Shown: piece by piece, positions 1-9,308 of the stretch
How positions within the stretch are numbered: the first letter of the stretch is position 1
How the letters are laid out: each line of letters starts with the position of its first letter
From: Patescibacteria group bacterium
Lineage (GTDB): Bacteria > Patescibacteriota > Microgenomatia > UBA1400 > PJMF01
NCBI GenBank assembly: GCA_016861205.1
Contig: BOKX01000001.1
Span: 328,539 to 392,538 of the forward strand
Length of the DNA stretch: 64,000 nucleotides
Direction of reading: 5' to 3'
Made by a program: the position numbers and the translations under genes
Notes under the pieces: generated by a model
What the model saw: the letters and a program-made list of their open reading frames with translations, nothing else
Told to the model about the DNA's origin: nothing
Database searches by the model: none

Positions 1-489
1 CCACTGCACATGTGATACGAACAACATACTACCCATGCTGGCTAGATAAACAATCAGCGTCCCCAAATCAGGTTCAAGGGCAACCAAGATGGCGGGCACT
101 CCAATTACTACGCCCAAACCCACAAAATCTTTGACTTGGAGTTTGGTTTTCGTTACCAACTCAGCAACAACCAACCCCACAAAGGGAATAGCCAACTGGG
201 AAGGCTGGATCGAGAACCAACCACCGATATCGATCCAAGCTGCGATACCTCGAGTGGTTTGGCCGATGGCTAAAGGAATACACAACCCAATAACCAGTAG
301 CACATACAGTCCCCAGCGCCAGGCGCTCAAACGATGATATGACCACTGGCTTACAAAACTGAAAATGATCACACCCAGTACTAAATACACCAGCTGCTGA
401 ATAGCGAGCTGTGGGGCCACACTCCGCAGAGTCAGCACACCCAACAAACCCATCACTGTAATCACAAGAGGCAACAACCAACTCCGCAT
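1..489 (-). CDS. SEDS-family peptidoglycan glycosyltransferase (RodA/FtsW type), N-terminal 163 aa; 3' end truncated by the window edge. It is absent from the ORF track because it has no in-window stop. Probably RodA, since FtsW is encoded in the dcw cluster.
   Basis: I reverse-complemented 1..489 by hand: MRSWLLPLVITVMGLLGVLTLRS...GIAAWIDIGGWFSIQPSQLAIPFVGLVVAE...VALEPDLGTLIVYLASMG. The IQPS(E/Q) and EPDLGT motifs plus alternating TM helices are SEDS hallmarks. The ATG at 489 lies 7 nt from the ileS stop. Confidence 0.75.
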   Translation of the reverse strand, partial: MRSWLLPLVITVMGLLGVLTLRSVAPQLAIQQLVYLVLGVIIFSFVSQWSYHRLSAWRWGLYVLLVIGLCIPLAIGQTTRGIAAWIDIGGWFSIQPSQLAIPFVGLVVAELVTKTKLQVKDFVGLGVVIGVPAILVALEPDLGTLIVYLASMGSMLFVSHVQW

Positions 490-496
490 GGCGAAG

Positions 497-3310
497 CTAT
501 TGTAGCTGGAGGGTGTCACCTTTGACTAGCTTGGTCTTGGTTTTGGTTTCGATCTGTGTCTGCCACTCGGCTGGCCAACTTGGAAGTTGCACTGTCACTA
601 CATCGTCAGGTTGCAACTTGTGCGTCCGGCGCAGATTTTGAATGTCCCGCATCAACTCCCGGGCCTCGCCTTCGGCTTTCAACTCTGGGGTCAGCTGGGT
701 GTCAAGCTCGACATTCAGACCTTCAGCGGCTGTTAACCACTCAATTTGTTTGATATTGACCTCAGCGGCCAAAATAGCCAGGGCCTCGCTACTTGGTTTT
801 GGCTGCGAGGTTGACACTGTCACCTTGGCCAGCGGTTGGCGGACTTTCAAAGCAGCCTGTTTGCGGGCAGCATGGATCGCCTCGGTGGCTGTCTGGATAG
901 CTGCCATTTCGGTTTCAAGTTGCTCTGAGACCCATGTCTCGTTTGCCGTCGGCCAATCAGTGTGATGGATAGAGGTGTCAGCATCAACCATAGCTTGATG
1001 GATCACCTCACTAAAAAATGGTGTGATTGGCGCAAACAACTGTGCCAAAGTATAGAGAGCATACCCAAACACTTGGCTGACCTCGGATCGGCTGTCGCCT
1101 TTCAAGCGATCTCGGCTTAGGCGGAGATACCAAGTTGAAAGTTGGTCAACAAAAGCCATCAGCGTACGACTGGCCCGAACAACATCGTAACCATCCAGTT
1201 GTTCTGTGACTTGCTGAATAGTGTGCTCAACACGACTGAGTAGCCATTTGTCCAAAATATGCTTTGGCGGCACTTCGGGTTTAGCCACTCCAGCGGTTGT
1301 GTCAGCAAACTGTCGGTAAAAGCCCAGCATGTTCCACCACACCACGAATACTTTTCGGCGAATGTCGGCAACCTCTTTTTCAGCAAAGTTTAAGTTCTCA
1401 GACTTCATGACTGTTGAGCTCATCAAGTACAGCCGTAGACTGTCAACCCCATAGGTATTGATCAAAATCATTGGATCGGGGTAGTTTTGTTTCGACTTAC
1501 TCATTTTGCTACCGTCTTCAGCCAAAATGGTCCCCGTGGTCAAGACATTTTCAAATGGTGGCTTGCCAAAGATACCAGTTGAGATAACGTGCATGGTGTA
1601 AAACCAAGCCCGTGTTTGAGCAATGTACTCACTGACAAATTGTGCGGGGTAGTTTTGCTCAAACTCGTCTTTGTGTTCAAACGGATAGTGGATGGCGGCA
1701 AACGGCATGGAACCTGACTCCACCCAGCAATCAAACACTTCAGGAATACGCCGCCCTTTGATCGTCTTGGCCTCGTCAACCCAAACTTCGATCGCATCGA
1801 GGTATTCTCGGTGAATGTCACTGAGTTCTGCCTTAGCGGGATTGACGGCCCATTGTTTCAACTCGGCAACCGAACCAATCACTCGACGCTGCTTGCCGTC
1901 CGCTGACTGCCAAATTGGCATGGGTGTTCCCCAATAGCGAGACCGTGAAATGTTCCAGTCCGGCGCATTTTCTAAACCTTTTTGGAACCGACCATGTTTA
2001 AGATGAGCTGGAAACCAGTTGATCTGCTCATTGTTGGCTAACAACTTGTCGCGCAACTGAGCGATATCGATAAACCAAGCCGGTAGGGGTGCGTAGTACA
2101 AACGGGTACCACAGCGATAACACGTCGCCACACTATGGGTGTGGGGTTCATCACGATAGATCAAGTTGCGTTGAGCTAACTCAGCATTCACCAAAGGATT
2201 AACAGCTAAAATATCCATGCCTGCCCAAGGTTTTACCTCTGCTCTCAACTTACCTTCCTCATCGACGTGTTCAACCAACTGAATGTGGTGGTCAGTCATG
2301 ACTCGGTAGTCGTCTTCACCATAAATGGCGAGTGTTACGATACCCGTACCTTCTTCAGCGGTCACAAACTCGTCAGCCACCACCACCCCAAACTGTTCGT
2401 CGCCAATGCGCTCAGGATAGAAATCAAAGTGGGGTGTAAACGTCACCTCAGCCAGCTCTCGCCCACTCATGGTCGCAACCACTTCATAGGGCTCATCTTT
2501 TAACTCACTAAGTCTGGTCTCGGCCAAGATGTACTGTTCGCCACCTTGTTTGACTTTGACGTACTTGAGGTCTGGATTGACAGCTAAAGCTGGCGTCGCC
2601 AGTTTGTTCCAAGGCGTGGTCGACCAAGCAAGTAAGTACGTATCTTGTTCACCAACAACGGGATATTTATACGTGGTCCCAGGCTCAGTCACCTCTTGGT
2701 AACTGTTGTCCATGGCAATCTCAAAATTGGACAGAGGCGTGGCGCAACGAGGACAGTACAAAATCACTTTGCGGCCTTCGTACACGAGACCCTTATCCCA
2801 GAGCTGTTGAAAACCCCACCACACTGACTCCATGAATGTGGCATCCATGGTTTTGTAGTTGTGTTCAAAATCAACCCAGCGCCCGAGACGCCCAATGATC
2901 TTCTCCCACTCTTTGTCTAGTCGCATCACTTCAGCCCGGCAGGCGTCGTTAAACTTGTCGATACCGAGGCTTTCGATGCCTTTTTTGCCATTTTTGATCT
3001 CGAGCTTTTTCTCGATCATGTTTTCGATTGGCAGACCATGGCAATCCCAACCCCAAACCCGCTCCACACGGTAGCCTTTCATGGTCCAGTAGCGAGGAAT
3101 CACATCTTTGGTAGTTGAAGCGAGTAAATGCCCATAATGAGGCATCCCAGTTGCAAACGGGGGCCCGTCATAGAACACGTATGACTTGTCGGCTGACCGT
3201 TGCTCAACTGATTTCTCAAAAGCTTGCGTGTTCTGCCAAAATGTCAAAACCGCTTCCTCAAGCTCAGGGAAAGCTGGCGGCTGGGTAAAGGTGTGGGTTT
3301 TAGTTGGCAT
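497..3310 (-). CDS. ileS: Isoleucyl-tRNA synthetase, type 2 (eukaryote/archaeal-like class I aaRS)
   Basis: 937 aa. The HIGH motif appears as PHYGH near the N-terminus (FYDGPPFATGMPHYGHLL), and there is a KMSKS motif (GSKMSKSKQNYPDP). Length and WCISR-like editing-domain architecture fit IleRS. Confidence 0.9.
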   Translation of the reverse strand: MPTKTHTFTQPPAFPELEEAVLTFWQNTQAFEKSVEQRSADKSYVFYDGPPFATGMPHYGHLLASTTKDVIPRYWTMKGYRVERVWGWDCHGLPIENMIEKKLEIKNGKKGIESLGIDKFNDACRAEVMRLDKEWEKIIGRLGRWVDFEHNYKTMDATFMESVWWGFQQLWDKGLVYEGRKVILYCPRCATPLSNFEIAMDNSYQEVTEPGTTYKYPVVGEQDTYLLAWSTTPWNKLATPALAVNPDLKYVKVKQGGEQYILAETRLSELKDEPYEVVATMSGRELAEVTFTPHFDFYPERIGDEQFGVVVADEFVTAEEGTGIVTLAIYGEDDYRVMTDHHIQLVEHVDEEGKLRAEVKPWAGMDILAVNPLVNAELAQRNLIYRDEPHTHSVATCYRCGTRLYYAPLPAWFIDIAQLRDKLLANNEQINWFPAHLKHGRFQKGLENAPDWNISRSRYWGTPMPIWQSADGKQRRVIGSVAELKQWAVNPAKAELSDIHREYLDAIEVWVDEAKTIKGRRIPEVFDCWVESGSMPFAAIHYPFEHKDEFEQNYPAQFVSEYIAQTRAWFYTMHVISTGIFGKPPFENVLTTGTILAEDGSKMSKSKQNYPDPMILINTYGVDSLRLYLMSSTVMKSENLNFAEKEVADIRRKVFVVWWNMLGFYRQFADTTAGVAKPEVPPKHILDKWLLSRVEHTIQQVTEQLDGYDVVRASRTLMAFVDQLSTWYLRLSRDRLKGDSRSEVSQVFGYALYTLAQLFAPITPFFSEVIHQAMVDADTSIHHTDWPTANETWVSEQLETEMAAIQTATEAIHAARKQAALKVRQPLAKVTVSTSQPKPSSEALAILAAEVNIKQIEWLTAAEGLNVELDTQLTPELKAEGEARELMRDIQNLRRTHKLQPDDVVTVQLPSWPAEWQTQIETKTKTKLVKGDTLQLQ

Positions 3311-3947
3311 GGGCAGTTTCCTTTGGCAGAACTAGTTTCATTCTGGCATTGATTTCATGCGTCTCACGCTGCAACTCACCCAAGTATGCCTGAAGGATGG
3401 CTGCTTCTTGGCGAGTGACCAAATCTGAGCTCTCTAAAGTCCCGGCCAGCGGTCGACCTTCTTCATCATAGCGTTGATACACGGCACTGTCATGAGAAAT
3501 ACCCAGTCGGGTTGGTCGCACATCAAGAGTGAGCAGGTGTCGCTGATCTATGATGTCTCTAATTACTAGCCGTCGAGAGATGTTGTTTGGCTCAAACTTG
3601 CCGGCAACTTGGTCATTTTGCCAAGTTGCCTCATAACGCAACTGTGCCTTTTTGAAGTCAAACCCAAACTGGACGGGCGTTGAGAGTGGAATATCTCTAG
3701 CGCCCAGTGCTCGCCAGTCATGCAGCCAAAAGGCGTTTTTGACGATGGCCTCTAAAATGGTCACTAAGTTGAAGGTGATACCTTCTTGAGCGGTCTCCTT
3801 ATCTCGGAAGAGTCGTGTACTATCGGTTTCATCACTAAAGATTGATACAGCGGCCAAGCCGTCAAAGCTGGTCAGATCGTACTCTTCCAGCCAAGCCTCG
3901 AGCTCGGCTTTGTTCAACTGCGGTCTGTTTTCAAAAGGCACTGACAT
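3300..3947 (-). CDS. Hypothetical protein, paralog A of a tandem pair. Its stop overlaps the ileS start by 11 nt (translational coupling).
   Basis: 215 aa. Clear similarity to the adjacent 200-aa ORF in three blocks: FDGLAAVSIF vs FEGFAALSLF; ITFNLVTILEAI vs VSFNLATVLEEI; AAILQAYLGEL vs AAILQAYLGRL. I recognise no known family. Confidence 0.6.
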   Translation of the reverse strand: MSVPFENRPQLNKAELEAWLEEYDLTSFDGLAAVSIFSDETDSTRLFRDKETAQEGITFNLVTILEAIVKNAFWLHDWRALGARDIPLSTPVQFGFDFKKAQLRYEATWQNDQVAGKFEPNNISRRLVIRDIIDQRHLLTLDVRPTRLGISHDSAVYQRYDEEGRPLAGTLESSDLVTRQEAAILQAYLGELQRETHEINARMKLVLPKETAHAN

Positions 3948-3968
3948 ATGTTCTCTCCATTAGTAATA

Positions 3969-4571
3969 CTATTGTGGTTGGTTTGAGCTTGGTAGTTCTC
4001 TAGCGCGTTGAAGCAAGCGCCCGAGATACGCTTGTAAAATAGCTGCCTCTTTGGTGGTTAGGCTTGTTTCAGCTGATTGGGTTTTAACCTCACCGGTCTC
4101 GTTAAAGAATGAGTAGGCTGTTTCACGTTTGGAGTAGAGATCCTTTGTCGCTCTCAAATCAATACAAAACAAAAATGCCCCGGTGACTGCATCGGTAATT
4201 TTTAAACGACGATACTCAGCTTCAGAACCAGATTTTTGACCCAACCAAGTGGCTTGATAACGATCACAGTTGGTAACTGGATCGAACCCAAACGTGACTG
4301 ATTCGCCAAATTTAACTGAGATGCCACCTTGCTCTTGGCTGTAGCGACTCAATTTCGTCCCTTGCCGCATAATCTCTTCTAAGACAGTAGCTAGATTAAA
4401 ACTCACCGCATTAGCTTCTGGCTCTGTGAACACGTGTTCTGCCTCACTAGTGAACAAACTTAACGCCGCAAACCCTTCGAAAGCATCTAGTCCACGCTGA
4501 CCGGTATAAACTTCGTTTTCATAACCTGTTAGTTGCTTTGATGTTTCCACTATCGGCATTGGCATGGTCAA
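3969..4571 (-). CDS. Hypothetical protein, paralog B of the tandem pair. The ORF-track start is TTG; an ATG 6 nt downstream (MPMPIVE) is an alternative start.
   Basis: 200 aa, paralogous to 3300..3947. It is the first gene downstream of the T-box-like leader. Confidence 0.6.
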   Translation of the reverse strand: MTMPMPIVETSKQLTGYENEVYTGQRGLDAFEGFAALSLFTSEAEHVFTEPEANAVSFNLATVLEEIMRQGTKLSRYSQEQGGISVKFGESVTFGFDPVTNCDRYQATWLGQKSGSEAEYRRLKITDAVTGAFLFCIDLRATKDLYSKRETAYSFFNETGEVKTQSAETSLTTKEAAILQAYLGRLLQRARELPSSNQPQ

Positions 4572-4773
4572 ATCTTTCTCTTTTAACTACTAAAAAAGCC
4601 TCGATCAATCACGCTTAAGCATGATCAATCAAGGCTTTTCTCAAGAAGAGAAAAAGGTACCAACCTTGTGTACTTACTTCCAGCTGTTACGGGCTTGCCC
4701 GGCGCCATCTACTGCAGGTATGAACTGGTTCTCGGCGCACCTTGTTTGGTGATAGCCAAACTCGAGCGGTGTT
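4572..4773 (-). promoter_or_regulatory. Candidate T-box riboswitch leader, Ile-specific, with ultrashort stem I. It controls the operon paralogB-paralogA-ileS-(rodA).
   Basis: Read on the minus strand. A hairpin GUUUGG-CUAUCA-CCAAAC presents AUC (the Ile codon) followed by A in its terminal loop. The antiterminator has helix A1 CAAGG/CCUUG, a 7-nt bulge UGGUACC (canonical UGGNACC, with N=U pairing the tRNA-Ile discriminator A73), and helix A2 CUUUUUCUC/GAGAAAAG. The A1 and A2 3' strands overlap the 5' arm of the downstream terminator hairpin. A sigma70-like promoter sits upstream (see next feature). Confidence 0.6.
4588..4639 (-). terminator. Intrinsic terminator hairpin of the T-box leader
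   Basis: Arms AAAAGCCUUGAUUGAUCA / UGAUUGAUCGAGGCUUUU on the minus strand (15 of 18 complementary; nested TGATCA and GCTTAAGC palindromes), followed by a U6 run. It lies 20-25 nt upstream of the paralog B start. Confidence 0.5.
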
Positions 4774-4779
4774 AGCGCG

Positions 4780-4812
4780 ATTATACGTCAGATAGCTTGT
4801 TTGAGCAATTTC
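4780..4812 (-). promoter_or_regulatory. Sigma70-like promoter for the T-box leader/ileS operon. It overlaps the 3' end of the 316-aa gene.
   Basis: Minus strand: TTGCTC (-35, 4807..4812), a 17-nt spacer, then TATAAT (perfect -10, 4780..4785). Confidence 0.5.
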
Positions 4813-5738
4813 TGCTTACTTGTCACAAGTATGTCACGAGCTGCTTGGTATCGAGTTTGCCATGCTGGCAAGTAACTTTGCAACCATTTCTCAGTGGACT
4901 TTGGCGAAGTTTCCCAGGTACTTAATTGGCCATTAACCATGACCAAACTGGCGTAGTACTTCTCTAGTTGGTCATAAAACTGGGTTGCTTCATCCAAGTA
5001 GCGATTGGTAATCAGCCACTCAACACATACCGTGCTAAGCCGGTTGGTGTTAATTGAACCTTCATTCCCTTTGTTCTCTTTTTCAAGGTCACTATTTGTT
5101 TTGAGTGTGGACAAAATTGAGTCCAAAGCTTTGATGTTTGACTCACACTCATTGAGCAGTGCCTCCAGACGGCGGATGTTTTGGTCACGGTCAAGCGTTT
5201 GCACTAAGCTACCCCTGCCCCCTATTACTTCCAGTACAGTACTGTCGATGCCTTGCGGATTATGAACACAATCAGTTAAGGCTGTTTTAAAGGCCTTTCG
5301 AAATTCCTCCATCTTGATGTGGTCATTCGGGTAGTAAGTAAGTGTTCCTTTATTACTGATGTCGAATGGTAGTGGTTTAGGGCTGTTCACATCTCGGATA
5401 GTGATTGTGCCATGTTTAAAACTTTGTCGAACGCCCAGTTCCCAAAAGACGTTGGCGTTGTTATCTGTTGTGTCGACAACAACCACTGGGGCATTAACTA
5501 ACTCTAAGATAATTTCAGCTTGTAGATTGCCTCTTACCGCTTCAGAGCGTTTTACCTTCAGTTGTGTGTTTTCTTCGATCAAGGGTTTGAGGAATTTTTC
5601 GTAATGTTCCGTCCAGTAACTTTCGGTGTGCTCCTCGGTTGTTTTGCTGAATGGCATCACCACAAAACACGTGTTACTTGTGACTTGTGTGCTCTGTGGC
5701 AAATTTGCTGCTTTTGGGGCACGTTTCTTCCTTGCCAT
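4788..5738 (-). CDS. Hypothetical protein: N-terminal Rossmann-like nucleotide-binding domain of TIR/NDT(SLOG)-like flavour plus a C-terminal coiled-coil. It starts 30 nt downstream of ftsZ.
   Basis: 316 aa. It has a basic N-terminus, then a beta-strand-MPF motif (CFVVMPFS), and later VVVVDTTDNNANVFWELGVRQSFKHGTITI, typical of TIR/nucleoside-2-deoxyribosyltransferase-like folds. The C-terminal third is heptad-rich (IRRLEALLNECESNIKALDSILSTLK...). The family call is from pattern memory only. Confidence 0.5.
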   Translation of the reverse strand: MARKKRAPKAANLPQSTQVTSNTCFVVMPFSKTTEEHTESYWTEHYEKFLKPLIEENTQLKVKRSEAVRGNLQAEIILELVNAPVVVVDTTDNNANVFWELGVRQSFKHGTITIRDVNSPKPLPFDISNKGTLTYYPNDHIKMEEFRKAFKTALTDCVHNPQGIDSTVLEVIGGRGSLVQTLDRDQNIRRLEALLNECESNIKALDSILSTLKTNSDLEKENKGNEGSINTNRLSTVCVEWLITNRYLDEATQFYDQLEKYYASLVMVNGQLSTWETSPKSTEKWLQSYLPAWQTRYQAARDILVTSKQKLLKQAI

Positions 5739-5768
5739 ATAATGCTTTCTGGGGCAGGAAAATGTGGT

Positions 5769-7073
5769 CTACTTTTGTCTCAAAAAAGCCGGGATCTCAA
5801 ACTCGTCATCAAACGAGTCGTCACTCTGAGCCTGATCAGCTGGTTGACCAGCTGGCGGTGCGGCACCAGTTAAGACTGGTGGATTAACTGAATCACCAAA
5901 AGCTTGTGATTTGACAAATGGTTGATGACCACTCATGGCCGACACGTTTTGTGCTGGCATAGAAGCAGCAGGCAGTGGTTGGGTAAATGAACCTGGTGCC
6001 CGGTCAATTTTAGGAGCAGCTGGTTCTTCTTTTGCAGGTGCTGGTGTCAAACGCCGTTGCGAGTCACGACCGTAGGCTCCAAAAATTGGTCGAGTCGCGG
6101 CTGCATAGCCCATTTGGCGCTCATCAAAACCAGTCGCAATGACACTGATTTTGATCTTCGAGCCCATGTTCTCATCAATGGTAGCTCCGAAAATAATGTT
6201 GGCTTCTGGGTGGGCAGCATTCGCAATCAGCGCCGAGGCGTCAGAAACTTCACTCATGGTCATGTCCGGACCACCGATGATGTTGTAGAGAATACCTCGA
6301 GCGCCATCAATGGAAACTTCCAATAATGGTGAAGAGATTGCCATGCGAGCCGCTGTTGAAGCTCGATTCTCACCAGTGGCTTCACCAATCCCCATCAATG
6401 CTGAACCAGAGTCCAACATAATGGTCTTTACATCGGCAAAGTCGACGTTAATTAAGCCTGGGACAGTAATCAAATCAGAGATACCTTGTACACCTTGTCC
6501 TAAAACATTGTCAGCTAAACGGAACGCGTCCAACAAGGTCATTTTCTTATCGACGACATCCATGAGACGTTGGTTGGGGATCACAATGAGGGTATCAACG
6601 TGGTCTTTCAAACTGTCGATACCTTCTTCAGCAGACTGCATCCTGCGAATACCTTCAAAAGCAAATGGCTTGGTAACCACTGCCACGGTCAGAGCACCAG
6701 ATTCTTTGGCGATTTCAGCAATAATTGGTGAGGCCCCGGTTCCGGTGCCACCACCCATACCGGCGGTGATAAAAACCATGTCAGTATCAAAAAGCAGTTC
6801 TTTAATTTTTTCACGACTTTCTTCGGCTGCAGTTCGGCCAACGTCAGGGTCAGCACCCGAACCAAGCCCTTTGGTAAAGTTATTGCCGATTTGGAGTTTT
6901 GTTTCTGCTTTGGAGGTTAAAAGCGCCTGTGCATCAGTGTTAACAGTGATGAACTCAACACCTTGAATTTGATTGGAAGAGATCATGGAGTTGACGGCGT
7001 TACCACCACCACCACCAACACCGATAACTTTAATCTTGGCAAACGTAGTATTTGAGGGTTTAACAAGTCCCAT
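5769..7073 (-). CDS. ftsZ: Cell division GTPase FtsZ
   Basis: GGGGGNAVN and [18 protein letters not shown] tubulin-signature motifs; C-terminal Pro/Ala-rich linker and [11 protein letters not shown] tail. Confidence 0.95.
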   Translation of the reverse strand: MGLVKPSNTTFAKIKVIGVGGGGGNAVNSMISSNQIQGVEFITVNTDAQALLTSKAETKLQIGNNFTKGLGSGADPDVGRTAAEESREKIKELLFDTDMVFITAGMGGGTGTGASPIIAEIAKESGALTVAVVTKPFAFEGIRRMQSAEEGIDSLKDHVDTLIVIPNQRLMDVVDKKMTLLDAFRLADNVLGQGVQGISDLITVPGLINVDFADVKTIMLDSGSALMGIGEATGENRASTAARMAISSPLLEVSIDGARGILYNIIGGPDMTMSEVSDASALIANAAHPEANIIFGATIDENMGSKIKISVIATGFDERQMGYAAATRPIFGAYGRDSQRRLTPAPAKEEPAAPKIDRAPGSFTQPLPAASMPAQNVSAMSGHQPFVKSQAFGDSVNPPVLTGAAPPAGQPADQAQSDDSFDDEFEIPAFLRQK

Positions 7074-7168
7074 ATCGCATCCTTACCATTGGGCGGCTAT
7101 CTGGTGCTAGTCCAAAGTGTATCATACTTTGCCCGCTGATGGTGAGTGCCAAATCAGCAGCGCATTAT

Positions 7169-8479
7169 TTAAGGAATCAGTGACCGAATCAAGTGGGTAA
7201 TTTTGCCGAGTAACTGGTCTGGCTTTGCCCCACTAAACATTGAACCCAAGGCCAGACTTGGTGAAGCTGAACGAGTGTTTCCTTGACGACGACCGTACTC
7301 TAACAAACCGACCGCAGCCGCGTAGCTTGGCTTGTGAATGTCAGCAATCATGCCCTGCAGCTCGACAGGCTTCCCAACCCGAGCGGGCAAGTTTAAAACT
7401 CGTTTCGCAACCTCAACCATGCCGACGGTTTCGGCACCGCCACCTGTCAAGACCAATCCAGCCGGAACCAACTCAAGAAGATGGTGGTTTGTCAGGTGTT
7501 GGCCAACCATGGTCATGATTTCCTTCATGCGAGGCACCATAATGCCTTCTACTAAGGCTTTCTTTGACAAAACATCGACTTGTTCGTCAATGCCAAGCAC
7601 CGAGATATCGAGTTGGTCAGCTTTCTTGCGACGCTTAGCCAACTCTTCTTTTGACTCACCAGGAATAGGTGTCACCGCATTTAACTCTTCGTTACCCAAG
7701 GCGAGTTTGATTTTTTCTGCTGAATCAAGGCTTATACGACACCCGAGGGCAATGTCCTGAGTGATATGTCTAGCGCCGATCGGCAACGACGCGGTATACG
7801 CTAATGAACCATCAACAAACACACAAATCGAAGTTGAACCAGCTCCAATATCCACTGCAACTACGCCCAACTCCTTTTCTGTTTCCGACAAAATCACTTC
7901 GCTACTTGCCAAACCCGTAAATACAAATCCATCAACGGTTAACCCCACATCATGAACACACTTCTCAATGTTACGGAGAGCCGTAGTCATGGCTGTGATT
8001 ATATGAGCCTCAGACTCCAAACGAACGCCAGTCATCCCAACTGGGTCTTTAATACCATCCTGTGAGTCAACTTTAAAGTTTTTGGGGATGACGTGGATAA
8101 TCTCCCGATCAGCCGGCAGTGAAACAGCGCGAGCCGCCTCGATCACTCGAGCTACGTCTTCTTTGATTATTTCTTGATTGGGTGCAGCAACTGCCACCAC
8201 ACCTTTGGAGTTTTGAGACGCGATGTGATTACCACCGATGGCCACAAAAGCACTCTTCACTTCAAAACCGGCCATCCGCTCCGCAGCGTCTAAACTCTCA
8301 GTGATAGTTTCCAGGACTTGTTCTAGATCTACGATTGTACTTTTACGCATTCCCCGCGATGAAGCTGCGGCAGCTCCAACTACCCGCAGTTGCTTAGTAG
8401 CTTCATCAAACGTCGCAATCAAGGTGACACATTTGTCTGTGCCTAAATCGATAGCGGTAATAGGTGTAACGCGCGACAT
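7169..8479 (-). CDS. ftsA: Cell division protein FtsA (actin-like ATPase)
   Basis: 436 aa. ITAIDLGTDKC N-terminal phosphate-1 motif, DIGAGSTS, actin-fold organisation; sits between ftsQ and ftsZ. Confidence 0.85.
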   Translation of the reverse strand: MSRVTPITAIDLGTDKCVTLIATFDEATKQLRVVGAAAASSRGMRKSTIVDLEQVLETITESLDAAERMAGFEVKSAFVAIGGNHIASQNSKGVVAVAAPNQEIIKEDVARVIEAARAVSLPADREIIHVIPKNFKVDSQDGIKDPVGMTGVRLESEAHIITAMTTALRNIEKCVHDVGLTVDGFVFTGLASSEVILSETEKELGVVAVDIGAGSTSICVFVDGSLAYTASLPIGARHITQDIALGCRISLDSAEKIKLALGNEELNAVTPIPGESKEELAKRRKKADQLDISVLGIDEQVDVLSKKALVEGIMVPRMKEIMTMVGQHLTNHHLLELVPAGLVLTGGGAETVGMVEVAKRVLNLPARVGKPVELQGMIADIHKPSYAAAVGLLEYGRRQGNTRSASPSLALGSMFSGAKPDQLLGKITHLIRSLIP

Positions 8480-8560
8480 AGTATGGATACCTTACAGCAT
8501 AGCAAACTATCTTCACTACTGTCGAGTATTGCGACTGGCGCATTTATCCAGTCAACTACT

Positions 8561-9304
8561 CTAGTTTGATGTAGTTCTTACTACTGGCAGCTTGTAACGA
8601 ACATCAAACTCCATCACTCCACTCGGTAACTGTTCCAAATCCCTGGCCTGTAACAGAAGCTCTAACCGTTGGACTTGTAACTTTGGCTGATCACTATCGA
8701 TAACACCTCGGCCACCAGATTCTAGGTGAACAATGACTAAGTTATCGTTCATTAACTCTAAGCCTTTGAGTGGAATTTGGCTTTGCTCCAAGGCGGAGAC
8801 CAGCTCCCATAGAAAAGTGTGCAAACTTGGTTTAACTGCGTCACTAGCAATCACTGAACCCAAATCTTGTTGCGTTACAACTATCGGAGCTGTTAAAGCA
8901 CCATTCCACACCATCGGAAAAACTCGACCTTGTTGATTAACAACCCAACCCTCACTTGCACCTGTTTGCGAAATTCCATACGCAATTGATTTGATTTCGG
9001 CATGTAGTCGCAAGGTGCTCGGCAACTCTCTTGTCAACCCAACTACAGAGAAACCTCCGGCTCCCAACTCAGAACGCAAGTTTTCAACGTTCTTGGGCCA
9101 GAGTAACCACTGTCCCTTATGTCCTTTTGCGATGTCTAAGGCCGCCGGTGGACATGGTTGTTGATCGACCCGACAAATGATTGTTTCGATTCGAAACGTG
9201 CTCACCCAGCCCAAAGCAATGATGGCTGGGAGCAACCACCAGACTTGCCTCACCCCCAGGAGGAGTTTTGACCCCGATGAACCATCTGTAGGCAGTTTGG
9301 ACAT
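8561..9304 (-). CDS. ftsQ: FtsQ/DivIB-like cell division protein (single N-terminal TM + POTRA-like periplasmic domain)
   Basis: 247 aa, N-terminal TM (WWLLPAIIALGWV). Position between murG and ftsA. Sequence conservation is weak, as is usual for FtsQ. Confidence 0.55.
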   Translation of the reverse strand: MSKLPTDGSSGSKLLLGVRQVWWLLPAIIALGWVSTFRIETIICRVDQQPCPPAALDIAKGHKGQWLLWPKNVENLRSELGAGGFSVVGLTRELPSTLRLHAEIKSIAYGISQTGASEGWVVNQQGRVFPMVWNGALTAPIVVTQQDLGSVIASDAVKPSLHTFLWELVSALEQSQIPLKGLELMNDNLVIVHLESGGRGVIDSDQPKLQVQRLELLLQARDLEQLPSGVMEFDVRYKLPVVRTTSN

Positions 9305-9308
9305 ACCC

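Noticed and set aside
89-481. ORF-track calls 89..337 (+) and 161..481 (-) at the left edge
   Set aside because: A third frame on the minus strand (1..489) translates into a clean SEDS/RodA N-terminus with EPDLGT and IQPS motifs. The two listed ORFs are low-complexity shadow frames of that gene.
4594-4639. Inverted repeat with nested TGATCA / GCTTAAGC palindromes, considered as a protein operator or mobile-element terminal repeat
   Set aside because: On the minus strand it is followed by a U6 run. It is mutually exclusive with a canonical T-box antiterminator (UGGUACC bulge). It sits in a promoter-to-ATG leader, so an attenuator terminator explains it better.
5005-7760. Antisense ORFs inside ftsZ/ftsA and the 316-aa gene (e.g. 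6310..6966 +, 7338..7760 +, 5562..5873 +)
   Set aside because: They lie entirely within, and opposite to, strongly supported conserved genes. Their translations are low-complexity or Ser/Pro/Arg-rich, typical of shadow ORFs.
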